NCBI GenBank assembly: GCA_012295275.1
Contig: CM022670.1
Span: 29,512,001-29,576,000 of the forward strand
DNA: 64,000 bases
DNA from: Chrysomallon squamiferum
Lineage: Eukaryota; Animalia; Mollusca
Direction of reading: 5' to 3'
Below the pieces are notes generated by a model that did no database searches, was not told the origin of the DNA, and worked only from the letters and a program-made list of their open reading frames with translations. Of this stretch, positions 15,499 through 28,716 are shown piece by piece. Position numbers and translations under genes: made by a program. The number at the start of each line of letters is the position of its first letter. Position 1 is the first letter of the stretch.

Positions 15499-17145
15499 TT
15501 ACTACAGTGCTTAAGTTGGAACTGTTACTACTACATGAACAAACAGACTGGACTGAAAATTTAAGACAAATCGTAACGGTAAGTTTCAATATTACAATAA
15601 AATAATTTATTAATTAACAACACTTAAATATTAACATCAACATTATGTTGCTAAATAATATACACAAATGTTGATTTAATATTTTACCACATAAACCATG
15701 CAATCATTTCTTTTCTTTTAGGCATGTGACTCAACGCAGCAAACAGGTTTGCTTGAATAAAGAGAAATAAATGTGCTTTAGTTACAAATCTTTTACAATA
15801 CCGGTTTTCGAGGAAGGCATTCAACTGTCAGCTATTTATCTTGAAATAGCAAAGGTGGTGATGTTCTGCATAGGACATTGTTTGATTTTCTTGAAATACT
15901 GTTATCTGTTAATTGAACTGGAGCCCTGCCTTCAGTTCCACGTCTGTTCATTGTATTTAATAACAACACATAGTCACCGTTCACTTACTTCCAATATATT
16001 AGAATATTGGATGAAAAGCAGCAGGGGTCAGTTTAATCATCCATACGAAGGAGTCGAGATATAAAATAAAAAAGAAAGAATAAGAAGAAAAGAAAGGTTT
16101 GTGTTTATCTTTCATCAGTATGTGTATTTTAGAAAGATGCTGCCAGTATATTGTTCCAGGAATCATGTTTTAACGCGGAAATATTTATTATTCTTTCTAT
16201 CTTAGTCTCATCTGAAATCATAAAGTAAACAGAATTTGAAGGGACAGAACATTATGGTATGCACAGAGTGTAGAATCTTTGTTTATTTTGTTATTATTTT
16301 ATAGTGTTAATATATCTGCATTATTTGAACTTATGCGCAAATGTAATCAGTGAAAATACAACTACTGTTACTACCAACAGCAGCAATAATTAGACAAATA
16401 AAAACAACAAATAACGAAACAAACAAATATTGTAATAACCAAAAAAAAAACAAATAAAGAAATTTAAATTAGGATACTGTAGCTTTTCTTCCTCATTCCG
16501 CGATTAATCTTCATCATTCTTGTCCGAACGTCAATTAATTATTTCGCTTGGAATTCATACTGATCACTAAATTTATGATCAGTGCAGTGCGGTGCAATAT
16601 CTTACATTAAGCTGTCACACAAATGCGACAAATGGATTTTCTAACACCATACAAATACATTTTGTGTCAGTAATTTACTGAACAAGTCAAATTTTGCACA
16701 GCGTCCAGCGTCGATAAGGTGATGATGTCAGTAGCTTGATCAACATAAGTAAGTAATATTTTAGACAAAACAAAAGAAATTATATCGAAAGCATTAAGTT
16801 TATAACTTAATTATTTGGCTTGTGCATTTTTAATTATTGATTAATTGGAACAAACTAGCGTTAGGCATATTGCACTTATTATGTTACATATTTCTTATAA
16901 TTACAGTAGTCAGCTGATGAGAGACGAATTGGGTCATATTAATTAACATTCAGTAAAGAATAACACGAACATTGCAATAGGTCCAAATAATGATTCATTT
17001 CATTATAACCAGAGAGATAAATATATATAAACATATCATATCGTGCAGAATGTGCAAGCCGCCCCTGTTGTTGCCGACGATATATACATACATATATACA
17101 TACATACATACACACATACATATATATATATTTACTTATGAAAGA

Positions 17146-17531
17146 TGGTACTCGAGTTACGAGTGATCCGAGTTTCGAGCAGCCACCCGGCAGTATTTTT
17201 GCTTTGAGTTGCGAGCCAAAATCCGAGTTCAGAGCGAGCTTCAGATACGCCGCCGCTAGTTGGCGCAACGAACAACACAACATCCAGCCAGCATCCCGCG
17301 TCTCACTCGTTTGCTTTACATGGTTACCTCGCCGTGGAAGCATCTCTGTTGTGTTCTGCTCGCGTTTTGTGCAGTATTTTGCCAAATTTCCAATGTATCC
17401 TAAGAAAGTGAGTGCAAAGGACAGTACTGAGAAGAAGAAGCGATGATGTCCATTGAATTAAAGCATGAAATCATAGAAAAACATTGGCGAGGTTTGCATG
17501 TAGTCAACATGGCTAGGCAGTACAAGCGTAT
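17146..17531 (+). mobile_element. Truncated Tigger/pogo-type DNA transposon fragment (5' part)
   Basis: TIR remnant TGGTACTCGAGTTACGAG, then a transposase N-terminus remnant [40 protein letters not shown] (CENP-B/psq HTH-like, frameshifted). Homologous to the copies at 47968 and 54632, in the opposite orientation. Confidence 0.85.
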
Positions 17532-17707
17532 AATTTTATATCTATCTATATTTATTTATTTATTTATCATTACGATAACACTATATTCACTATATAGATA
17601 TTATGGACCAGATCCTGGTTCAAAGTCCACACCACGGTGGAATGTGTTTCATTTATGTTACCTTAAACATAAAACATTTATTTTTCGTTTCTATTGTGTT
17701 TTATTAA

Positions 17708-17738
<31 letters not shown>

Positions 17739-18221
17739 TACATATAATAAACCACAACAGAAACGAAAAATATTATTAAAAAACTGTTTGGCTCACAACA
17801 AATCAAACATTTAAATGCAGAGCACAGAATCGTTGTTGTGGATAAATAAAAAGTATAGGTCTATTTGTTTATTACTATAGTGATCCAATGTACTAGCTGA
17901 AGGCTCACACTGTGCTTATACGTTCTGCTACGGGCTATTGCTTTTTTGAGAAACTAACGATTAACACGTACTCATTAAACCACTTTTAAAACGTTTACTA
18001 ACACCGACAACCTTAACAGAAAGTAAAATAAAATTAGATGCAGATAAAAACTTACCCAACAACGCATCGACTTAGCAAAGACTTTAAGGTAAACTTCGAT
18101 AGAAATGTAGAGGGTGAAATATCGCCCAACTCCAAACAAGAAACTGGGTCAAATGACTGGACTAATATTGGCATATAAAATACGGACTTGGGTTTGAACG
18201 ATAAAAAACAAAACAAACAAA

Positions 18222-18227
<6 letters not shown>

Positions 18228-18295
<68 letters not shown>
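18228..18295. repeat. (CT)n microsatellite
   Basis: Perfect run between the divergent GT32-like and HtrL-like genes. Confidence 0.97.
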
Positions 18296-18297
<2 letters not shown>

Positions 18298-18778
18298 GGG
18301 CGTGTGTGAACCCTAGTTTAGGGTCCTAAGAGGGGTCGATTGCATATATATAATTACTTTAAACAAAAGTACAAAATTTTAATTGAAAAAAGTGATTTTA
18401 TTAGATGACACAATACAGCATAAAATTACAAAGCATGCAGTTAAAAAGAAATAACCGTTGTTTTCTTTTTCTTTTTCCCAAATGTGAGAGGGAGTTGCCA
18501 AGCTAACGCCCAGTAATTATTTGGTACCACTTCATAAAACAAATTATATAAAATTAATACATATTTTAAGAAAATAATAATAACAATAATAATAATAATA
18601 ATCATCATCATCATCATCACAATCAAAATCATATAATAGCAACAGCAACAGCAGCAACAGCCCTTTAGTAGCAAAATAATTTTAATAGCAGCAGTAGTGG
18701 TATCATAACAATCCATAGCTATGGTGAAGGTGGTGGTGGATGTTATAGTCGTGTACTAATAGTAGTATTAATACTAAC

Positions 18779-18809
<31 letters not shown>

Positions 18810-20157
18810 ATATTTTTAGTTGTAGTTTTATAGGTAACGTCCGTATCCTTAGTTCTAGTTCTGACCTGGGTACATATTTCAAGATGGATTAGCATTTTTA
18901 TACTTCCTGGACGATGTTATGAATACAGAATGATAACAGAAATGTGACAAGTGTTAGACAAATTCTATGAGCTATCTTCCACTGAAGTGTGATAGTTTTT
19001 TTTGCGATTTTGCTTTGTTTTACATAACGCTGATCCAGAGAACGTACCCGAGGGCATATGTTAGAGTGATTACAGATCAATCGTTTTCTCTCATTTCCTG
19101 GATTCGAGGGCGATATCACCATCATCATGACATCGCTTGAACAAGACGGGTCACCAATTGCCATACACATACCATGACTTTTTACGATGTATTTGTATTT
19201 CGCAAATTCTTTACGAACTTGTTTCGTACCATTCCTGCCAGATTTACATGCTGTCGAATTTTAAACGGAGCAGCACGGGTATATTTATAATTTTTAACGG
19301 TTTAAGAATCTATTTACAGGGTATGATACAGTACTAGTATCTCAGTATGATTATATCCGAAAGTATGACAGTTAAGCTTTCTTTATCAAAATATCGTTAT
19401 ATTTCGTCACACAATAATTATATTGATGTTCAATGTTCATCCATGATATGTACTATTACCTGTAGCCCATTAAAATGACGAAGAAGAAAAGAAAAGAATG
19501 CATCGAATAAATAAATAAATAAATCAGTTTATGTTAAAAATTGCATAACATGGTGTCCATTTAGTAAAAATGTTTCATTATCAATTATTATTACTTTTTT
19601 ATTTCCAGTTGTTTATGAAAATACTGCAGACAGTAGTGTTTCTGACTTAACAGTATGCATATATATATATATAAGAGGTCGTATTAAAGTGACATTAGTA
19701 AAACCTGTCTTTAAACTCTCAGCCGTAAAACCATTTCTCCCCAGAGCAAAATGATTAGTGTAAAATGATTATAGTTTCTGTGTTCTGTATAAGTCTTTGG
19801 CCTATTTTTAAAAAAGCTGTTTTTCCGCAGTTAAAGCAGACTGTGAATTATGTATATGTATTCCTCATGAACTTCTATTACTAAACAACAACAATAATAA
19901 TAATAATCCATTATACAGGTACGTGCTTGAATAACTTGTGGATATAATCAATTTTCAAATAATATCAGTTTGAAAACATAGTCTATATTATTTATACTCA
20001 AATATTCAACAAAAACAAATAATATATAAAATACACACAAACACACATACACACATTTAAATAAAGAAATTAAGATATTTTCAGTTCTACTATAAAGTAT
20101 TTTGTATCTCATTTATACTATTTATATTTTACAATTATTATATTTTTACAGGACACA

Positions 20158-20268
20158 ATGCTTCTTGGTGGTACTTCGATGTGGCAGAGCATTTGTAAAA
20201 GGTTTGCCCTTACTGCTGGTTTTATATACTGCTTGTATGCTGTGTTTTGTGAGTCATTTTTATTTATT

Positions 20269-20307
<39 letters not shown>

Positions 20308-22674
20308 TTAAAATAAATAAACACACACATACACACATATTCTGAAGGAAAATATGTATTATTATATTATAATTTTTAAAATTTTTATATATAGATAGAT
20401 AGATAGATAGAAGGCTATGTATATGTATTAAATATCAGTATGTGTAGAAATTAAAATTATATCTATCTCTCTGTCTATCTATATGTCTATCTATCTATAT
20501 ACATTTTATCAAATACTGGTAAATGTTTAACCATAATTATTAAGGCTTGTTGTTTTAACCATACTCATAGGCAACAATTTTAAAGTTTTTACATTGTATA
20601 AAGCAAAAGTGTTGTATTTAGCTTGACTGTTCCATTATACAGCCAGAAAGCTGTAACACACATAGTTAGATAATGCAGCGTGTGCGTTAATAAGATATTT
20701 GTATTTTATTTAACAGATGGCATAAAGAGGATGAACCCTAATACTTGGAATGAGCGACCAGCTGGGGTAATTTAATTCCTCTCTATATGAACCTAACTTC
20801 ATAATGACCATCATTTTCTCTTTTTTCTCTTTTTCTGTCTATTATTTTATGTTCAGAAATCACTGTGAGTAAGTTCAGGTTACCAACAAATAAATATTTG
20901 GATAATATTTTCTAGATAAAATTGGGACTTACAGTAAAATATATTCTAGTGATTAAAGCGATGCGTAAAATGTGAAAAGGACTATTAGAAAAAAAAAATA
21001 ATAATAATACTAATAATAATAATTTAAAACAACAACAAGACAACAAGAAAACAAATGAAAATAATGTAATAATCTCATTTCGTTTATTGTATAACATTGT
21101 AATAAGAGTATATAATCTGTAACATTGTGTATAACTTTGTTAATATTATTAATTATTCAGTAACAACATCTTTTTCCTGCAATACTTTAATAAGGCATAT
21201 TTTAATATTACAAATATATTTTAAAATCAGCCTTCATTATTAATTTAATTTCATCATTAAACAAAAACATCTCATATCATATAAAAATGTTCCAACAAGT
21301 CGTAAACAATCTTAGTCAACTAGAGTTTGTATGTCATGTCAGTTCCTTTTTGACATTGTTTAACAATTTGGCTCTTTCCTTTCAGTTAGAAAGTGTATTT
21401 GTTTTGTTTGTTTGTTTGTTAGTATGTGTGTGTCCTGCAGTGGCAGAAGAATACATTTCTATATATTTCCAGGTACTGGCCAAAAATATAGCTTTTTGAG
21501 ATGGAACTATATTTACTTTCATTAATTACTTATTATTTACTTAAATATCATCAGTGGTTTAATTACTGATTTACATCTTAAAATACCATTTTGAAAAAGA
21601 TACTACAGAACCAGTTATTCCATATATATATATAAAGAACTGTTAGTTTTAGGTCTATGTATGATGTTTTTTTAGTATTGAATATTATCAGTTAAATAAA
21701 TTCTACCTCAGTTTTTTTTTAAAAACCAGAATTTTTTGTTTCAGATATCTCGTATGATGTGGTCCAATGATCCTGTACTCAAAGATATTCACAGCTTTGC
21801 AACAAAAGAAGCTCTGACAGCAGAGGTAACTGTGGTAACAGCATTTTTTAACATAGGGGCATTCATAAAAGGGGATGCTGTCCAGCGAACTCCTAAACTG
21901 TATTACAGATGGATGACTGTGTTTGGTAGACTCAACAATCCTTTAATTGTTTTCTCGGACCAGGACGAAGTTCTGAGTATTTTTAAACAACTCAGAAGCA
22001 GATTTCCTTCCAACCAAACACAGATAATTAAAGTCAAGCGATCAGAGTTATGGTCATTTTCTTTAGCTGCAAACATAAGTTCAATTTTCAAACAAAAAGA
22101 CTACCCACGGTACCAGCCAAACACCATCAACGAGAACTACTCCTGTGTGATGCATGCCAAGTTTGAACTGATCAACCGAGTAGTCAGAGAGAAGCTCTTC
22201 ACAACCAAATACATCAGCTGGCTTGATATTGGTTTGTTCCGGGCGGTAACTCACGAGAAACATAACTTTGTAATGCAGGCTCCGTCTCTTTGGAACAAAG
22301 ACAAGATTGCCTACAGCGAAGTCCATGAATATGATCCATCATTAACAGCTCGTGACGTTATATTTAAAAATCTCGTGTGGGTTTCTGGAGCAATGTTTAT
22401 TGGTCGACCAGAAATAATATATCTCTACTCGGAGGACTATATGGCTGCTGTGAAGAAACTGATTGGCCAGAAACTGATGAGCACAGATCAACAGGTTATA
22501 TATATCATGTATTTACCAAGTTTTAACTTTCAACCTCGTATTGAAATCCAGACCTTTACAACATTTAGTGATGATGACTGGTTTTATTTAGGGTACATGT
22601 TGAAAGATAAATGGGAAAGGCATATGATTAGAGAAGGTATGCCTTTAGTTAGATTTTTGTTATATCATTTATAA
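20158..22674 (+). CDS. HtrL/YibB-family protein with N-terminal membrane anchor, 356 aa
   Basis: Exons 20158-20248, 20717-20766 and 21745-22674, GT-AG and phase-consistent (1071 nt). Exon 1 MLLGGTSMWQSICKRFALTAGFIYCLYAVF is TM-like. Exon 3 carries the recalled HtrL-family pattern VTVVTAFFNIG...YYRWM..F..LNNPLIVFSD...YSCVMHAKFELI...WLDIG...GAMFIG...STDQQVI. Confidence 0.8.
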
Positions 22675-22775
22675 ATATTTATCCATGTCATATTTACATT
22701 TTTTACCATAGAAGTTTCATATAAACCTTTATATTTTATTTTAACAGCTTAAAATGTATATCTACATATGTGTAT

Positions 22776-22820
<45 letters not shown>

Positions 22821-25800
22821 TGTGTGTATATATACACACACATATACAGATACAAATATATATATATATTTATAAACTGTTTGACAATTTATTGTTTTTA
22901 ATAATTTTAAACAAATAAACAAATGCATAGTGCTTTGTTACTTAACGAATTATGTAATTAGCTGTAGCTTTTTAAGCTAGGATATATAATTTGTTAAATA
23001 TAATTATCTGTTTAAACCGATACATTCAGAAACATTTTACAAAAAAAGTAAAAAAATAAAATAAAATTAAAGTTTAATCCAATCTTAATAACTGTTAAGA
23101 AATGACATTATGTCAGCCAGTGAAATAGATTTAATTGGTAAACCTAAAAGAAATATATTTCAGTGTCTTTGTTTATCACATGGAATTAAGGTAACACTGC
23201 TAACAAATCTAGTAAAATGATACTTACTATCAAGATATTCATGTACCATATTTTCTTGGTAAGGCAGTTTCTTAAAATATGGCATCTCTAATTAAAAAAT
23301 ATCATAGTATGAAAGACACTTTTAATTCAGTTTTGAATTAATTTTCTTCAGGTAAACATAAGATTGGTACAGAAATGTCAATAATCAGAGTTTACTGGTT
23401 TTGGTCATTTACATGTGTGCTCAGCTGCAAGCTTAAATCCTGCAGGATGTTCTAACAAGTGCTACAGTTATCATTTTGAATCCCTTTTCTATAATGTGTT
23501 TAGATTTTAATTAACACTGATCTCTTTCAACGTTCCCTGTTATTTTTTTATGTCTGTGTAAAATGGTTTTCATGTAGTAATTTTTCATATTTAAAACAAT
23601 TATGTGCTTAATTCTATAGTGTGAAAATATTGCAATAGTTTATATAGTGATGTTATAAATTTAGATCGGTTTTAACCTTGAAGATTGTTAAATTAAAAGT
23701 GTTGGCCTTAAATTGCTGCGAGTCTAGTGCCTGTTTCTGATTTATATCTTTTGTGTGCATTTTAATGTGTGCACATCCTAGAGGGAGCATTGTTTTTATA
23801 AATTGTAAAAAGTAAGTGTTTTTTACCTACTCATTTATAGATAATACACAATTTGTTGCTGTATTTAAATTTATGAAATACTGTTTACTTTTTGTAATGA
23901 TGCATAGTTTTGCAATAGAAGTCTATATGTGTCATGAATAGAATCAGTTGCCATGGTTTTTGAAGTGTGTATTTTATTATCATACTGTTGTGACACTTAT
24001 AGTCTGTCCCCACTCCACCCTGTTATAAATTGTTGTATTTATTACCTCAGGTAACATTTATTTAGATAAATTATTCATTATAAAGTTTTAGTATAAAACC
24101 AATTGTTTTAGATATGTTAAATTGTTGAGAATTATTGATCAAACAGTGGTCATTGTTTTATATTTATACATGTGTGTAATGTTTTGACCCATTACACAGT
24201 TATGTTAACACATTTGATTGCCTACAGCAATGTTGAGGAGATTGCAGCATTATTAATTCTCCATGGGATTTTGTTTTTGCCTTAGATTATATTCCAATAT
24301 TTTTTTTAGTCCCAAGTTGTTACTACAAATATCATAAATATTATCATTATTATTATTTACTTATTTATTTATTTTTATAGTATTTTTATTTCCATTTAAC
24401 AAGAATAGAGTCTTGTAATATTATTTTATGACTGGCACATAATGCTTAAGATAATTTTTTAAAGGAAAACAAGCAAGTGTTGAGATTTTAAAAAATGTAT
24501 AGAAAATAATAACTTTTTATAGATTAGGGAGTTATGTGTATCAAAAAGATTTAAAACATTTTTTTTTTAACTTCATTTAAAACCATTTCTGTATAATTTT
24601 ATTTTGAAAAGCTACACTTATAAAATAACAAAATAAATTAAATTATATTTTTAATATGTTTTTTCATTTGTTTATATTTTAACCCATTTTAATCCATTAT
24701 AAACTGAACCAAAAAGCATTTTGTATTAAATTAGTATTTGTATATCAAGTTTTTTTATAACTAATGTATGTAAACAGTCTAAATATTCAGTTCCTTGTAA
24801 AATATCTCTCCAATTAATAAAATATAAAAATAACAGTCTTGTGAAGATATACGAATGCTAACATTTTAGCTTTTATTTTAACCTTATTATTTACAACTTT
24901 TTCAAAAATAACATAATAAAATTAAATTAAATCTTTAAAAAATGTATTAAAATAAATAAATATCAAATCAGAAAAAACAAAAATCAAAAATCCAGAGCCT
25001 TTAAGAATAAAATGACATCCTGCATACACTGCAGCTAACAGAACAACTGACATGAAAATATATAATTTTAATTTCATGTTTATCAGATCGATGCTTGGCA
25101 TTTTTTAAACTGTATTAAATAACATTCATTGCTGTATTTTTATATATGCAGAAGTTGCAGATACATTTGTTTATAAAAATTCATTTTCTTTAACACATCA
25201 CTATTTTTAGTATGTATATAGAACAATATTCTATTCAGCATTTAGCTTTTCTGCATTTTTAATCCTCCACAGCCATACATGCAGTATATTTTATTCTTCT
25301 TCACTTTTTTCTTTTTTTTCACACAATCATATGGAAGATTTGTTCAGAGTAATATTACTCAATACTGTGGGTACTGTTTTTCTCAAGAATGTCTCTTTTT
25401 TTTCCTTTTTTTTGAGGGGGGAGGAGGGGGAAACGTTTGCACCTTTTATTTATAATTTTGTCATTAATATTATAGTTAAGTAATGTAACATTTTTATTAC
25501 TCAAGTATTGTTTCAGTTATTAATTTTTTTAAAACAAGATTAATGTGGTTTTGTGTGTGTGTGATCAAAATTAAGTTAATAATTTCTAGATAACTGGCCT
25601 TGAAAATTGTGAAATTGTGCACACAAATCTGTACTGATAAGATTTTTTGAAAAATGTATTTACTTGTTTATTTTATTTATTTCTAAGATGAATGGCAATT
25701 TAGAAATATAGATTTAACAAATATATATATATATATATATATATTAAACATCAAACAGAAAATAATCACTTTTTATAATGCTGTCCATTTTCATTTTGTA

Positions 25801-28460
25801 TTTATATCCTGCCAGACTGTTTTATTTATTTGATATGCTTTGCAGTATTTATTGTGCATATTTCAAATATCAACGGTTTTTATCAATTTCATTGTAACCT
25901 ATATTTCCATCTATTTTGATGGGTGAAGTATACATAAAAAGTATTTTTAAAACTAAAAAAATTATATTTTAATAGATTTGATTTTTATTAAAATATCTGA
26001 TTTTTTTAATGAATATTTCCTACATTTTATACTTTCAGTCCCCACATATGAGATATATATTATTACTTTGAGTAAACCTAGCTTCACTGATTATTTTTTG
26101 GACCTGATGAAAAACAACCAGGAGAGGTCTGTGGTGAAAATCTTAATTTCAAAAATGAGCCTTCACTCCTTATCCTCATATATAACTTTGCCCTAACACT
26201 CTGGCACTAACATATCCTATCCTGATAATCTAGATATGAAAAATATGATTTATCACTGACAGAAAGCTAACTTTTATTATTGTTATTTTATTTTGAAATT
26301 GTTGAATGTTTAAAATGTGAATTAAAAAAAACAAATTAAAAATTAAAGTCATTTTCTTTTTTAAAATATTTGTCTGTTATTTGGTTGTATGCAAGAAGTG
26401 TTATTATAAAGCAGTCATCACACTGATTATTTTTTGACATTTCAAATAATTTACATCAACGAAGGAAAATAAATTGCCTTCATTATTTTACTGATCAGCA
26501 TCAAGGAATTGTTTGTATTTATTTCTCATAATGAAGAAAGCACACACTGTATTATTTAATAAACCAGCAGCTGAGCATTGTCGAGTAAACGTTTTGTTTT
26601 TTTCTTATTATAAACCTATATATATTAATTAGAAAAGTATTTTAAAAAAATTAAAAAATTAAATTCACAAACTGATGTGATAATTCCTTTTTATCTTCCT
26701 CATCAGTGTTTTTCACTGATAAAATTTCTTCTCTGTTTTCATCATCATTAAGACTATCTATCAGTCACTATAAACAGGAAACAGAAAATAGCTCCTCACG
26801 CAAATCATCAAAATAAGCTCTCCAGAAGCAAAATAATTTAAAGTATACAAATATACTTGGGCTGTTTGCTAACACAGGTACATTTTATCCAGATGAAGGT
26901 TTCCAAGCAGGAATTGTAAATAAAATAAAATCCAAATTGTCTAAATGAAGGAATTTAACACATTTTTGTAAAAACATAATATCTGTGTAACATAGAGAAC
27001 ACTGGTATGCATATGTAAAAGAACATTTATATACATTATAAGCAAATAAAACAAATATTAATATAAGCATAGAAATCAAGAGTCACTACTTTGCAGTCAA
27101 TTTCACAGTACTAACACAAGCACAAATAAAATCACAAATTACATTCAGTTTAAAACATCTACCTTGGCAATCATAATAATCCAAGACCAATGTACAATGT
27201 AAATTACTTAAATTTTGAAATAATTCTTTCATCCTTTTTTGCTCAATTATATTAAGATCAAAGTTAAGACTCAAAAAAAAAAAAACATTTTTTTTTTTTT
27301 TTAAATAAACATTAATACAAGTATTGATCTGATATGCACCAAACTATATATCTGCAAACTACATTTTGTACTTATTATTTTTTAAATGTATCTGATCCAA
27401 GACAAAATAATAAAGAAATAAAAAATGAACCATCTGACAAATTTATCAACAATAGTTAAATGTTGATGATAGTTTGTTCATCTCTGCCTGTAACACAAAT
27501 ATTTTCTTTCCTGTAAAACCATTATATAATTTTTGCTTTTTATTTAGCACACTCTATAAAAATAATAAAAAGTTAGTTTGAGCCACTTTCAGATAGTCTA
27601 AATATTCATGCATACCACTGCAGCTAACAAGAATGTTTAACACACGGGATGCATTATTGAATATAAAATAAAATTGTTGTAAAACTTCTGTAATTTAAAT
27701 GGCAGACATATTTTATATTTTGAGTTCAGTTAATTTTTTTAGTTCAGCCATTTAAAGCAGTTTCTTCAGTAAAGTATTTTTTTAATTTTAATTCAGTTTT
27801 AACTTTCAGAAAATGTTAGAATCAGTATTATGACAAATCTGTAATTTAATCTTGAATTTTATATCAATGATCAATGTTTATAAGGTCTTAGAAGATTGTT
27901 AAAAGCACAAAAGATAATTCCACATAAAAAATATAGATGAAAAACAAAACAACAATACATGAAAATACAAAAATGCAACGAATATAGTTTTAAACAGACT
28001 GTTAACTGAATGAAAAATTCCAGATGTTTTATAGTTCTGTACAATCTGTTTAGGCAAAACATTAACCAAATCAAGTAAATTTTAAATAATACATTTCAAA
28101 ATTTTCAGTTCAGAAGTCCAAATGATTCAAATAGAATTGCTAAAATTATAATTATTAGTCTGTTATTTTATCATACAATAGTGAAAAGTTTAATTTTATG
28201 TTATTAGAGAAATTACTGTCTAATCACAAAATAGCACTTTAATGTTACAGATGGTTACAAAACAGAAGCTATGTGCAACATACTGCTCAGTAAAAGGTAG
28301 ACAACTCTATTACATCAAGTTTCAAACTTTCACTTCTAATGGTTTTGAGATAAAATATTTTAGAATTCTGTTATTATTACATTTGGTTGTTTTTTTAAAA
28401 GCATTCAACAGTAAAATTGTAACAAATAGATGCAAGGAAAAGCAGATCAAACTACTGTAT

Positions 28461-28466
<6 letters not shown>

Positions 28467-28513
<47 letters not shown>
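28467..28513. repeat. (TA)n microsatellite in the FKBP12 3' region
   Basis: Perfect run. Confidence 0.96.
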
Positions 28514-28521
<8 letters not shown>

Positions 28522-28716
28522 CATTATAACAAAAAATGCCAGCTATAAAACATGTGGACTGTGTCTATGGCTACATGAATACATATATGTATATATGCTT
28601 TTAAATACATTCATGACATTTTACAAAGGTGGAAGTTATAAACACAGACATATTCTGTATGACACACTTTTGGTCTGTTCAAGCAGTTTGTTATTAGTCC
28701 GAAGAACGTGGAGTTA

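Noticed and set aside
16939-17814. ORFs similar to those at 55023-55332, suggesting a small duplicated gene family
   Set aside because: Both lie within copies of the same Tigger-like element. Only a frameshifted transposase N-terminus is real, with no DDE domain.
18898-19337. GC-richer ORFs as a small gene
   Set aside because: No recognisable protein. More likely promoter or 5'UTR sequence of the HtrL-like gene.
21736-22674. Bacterial contamination
   Set aside because: The exon is preceded by a splice acceptor and two phase-compatible exons, and is flanked by host-type microsatellites.
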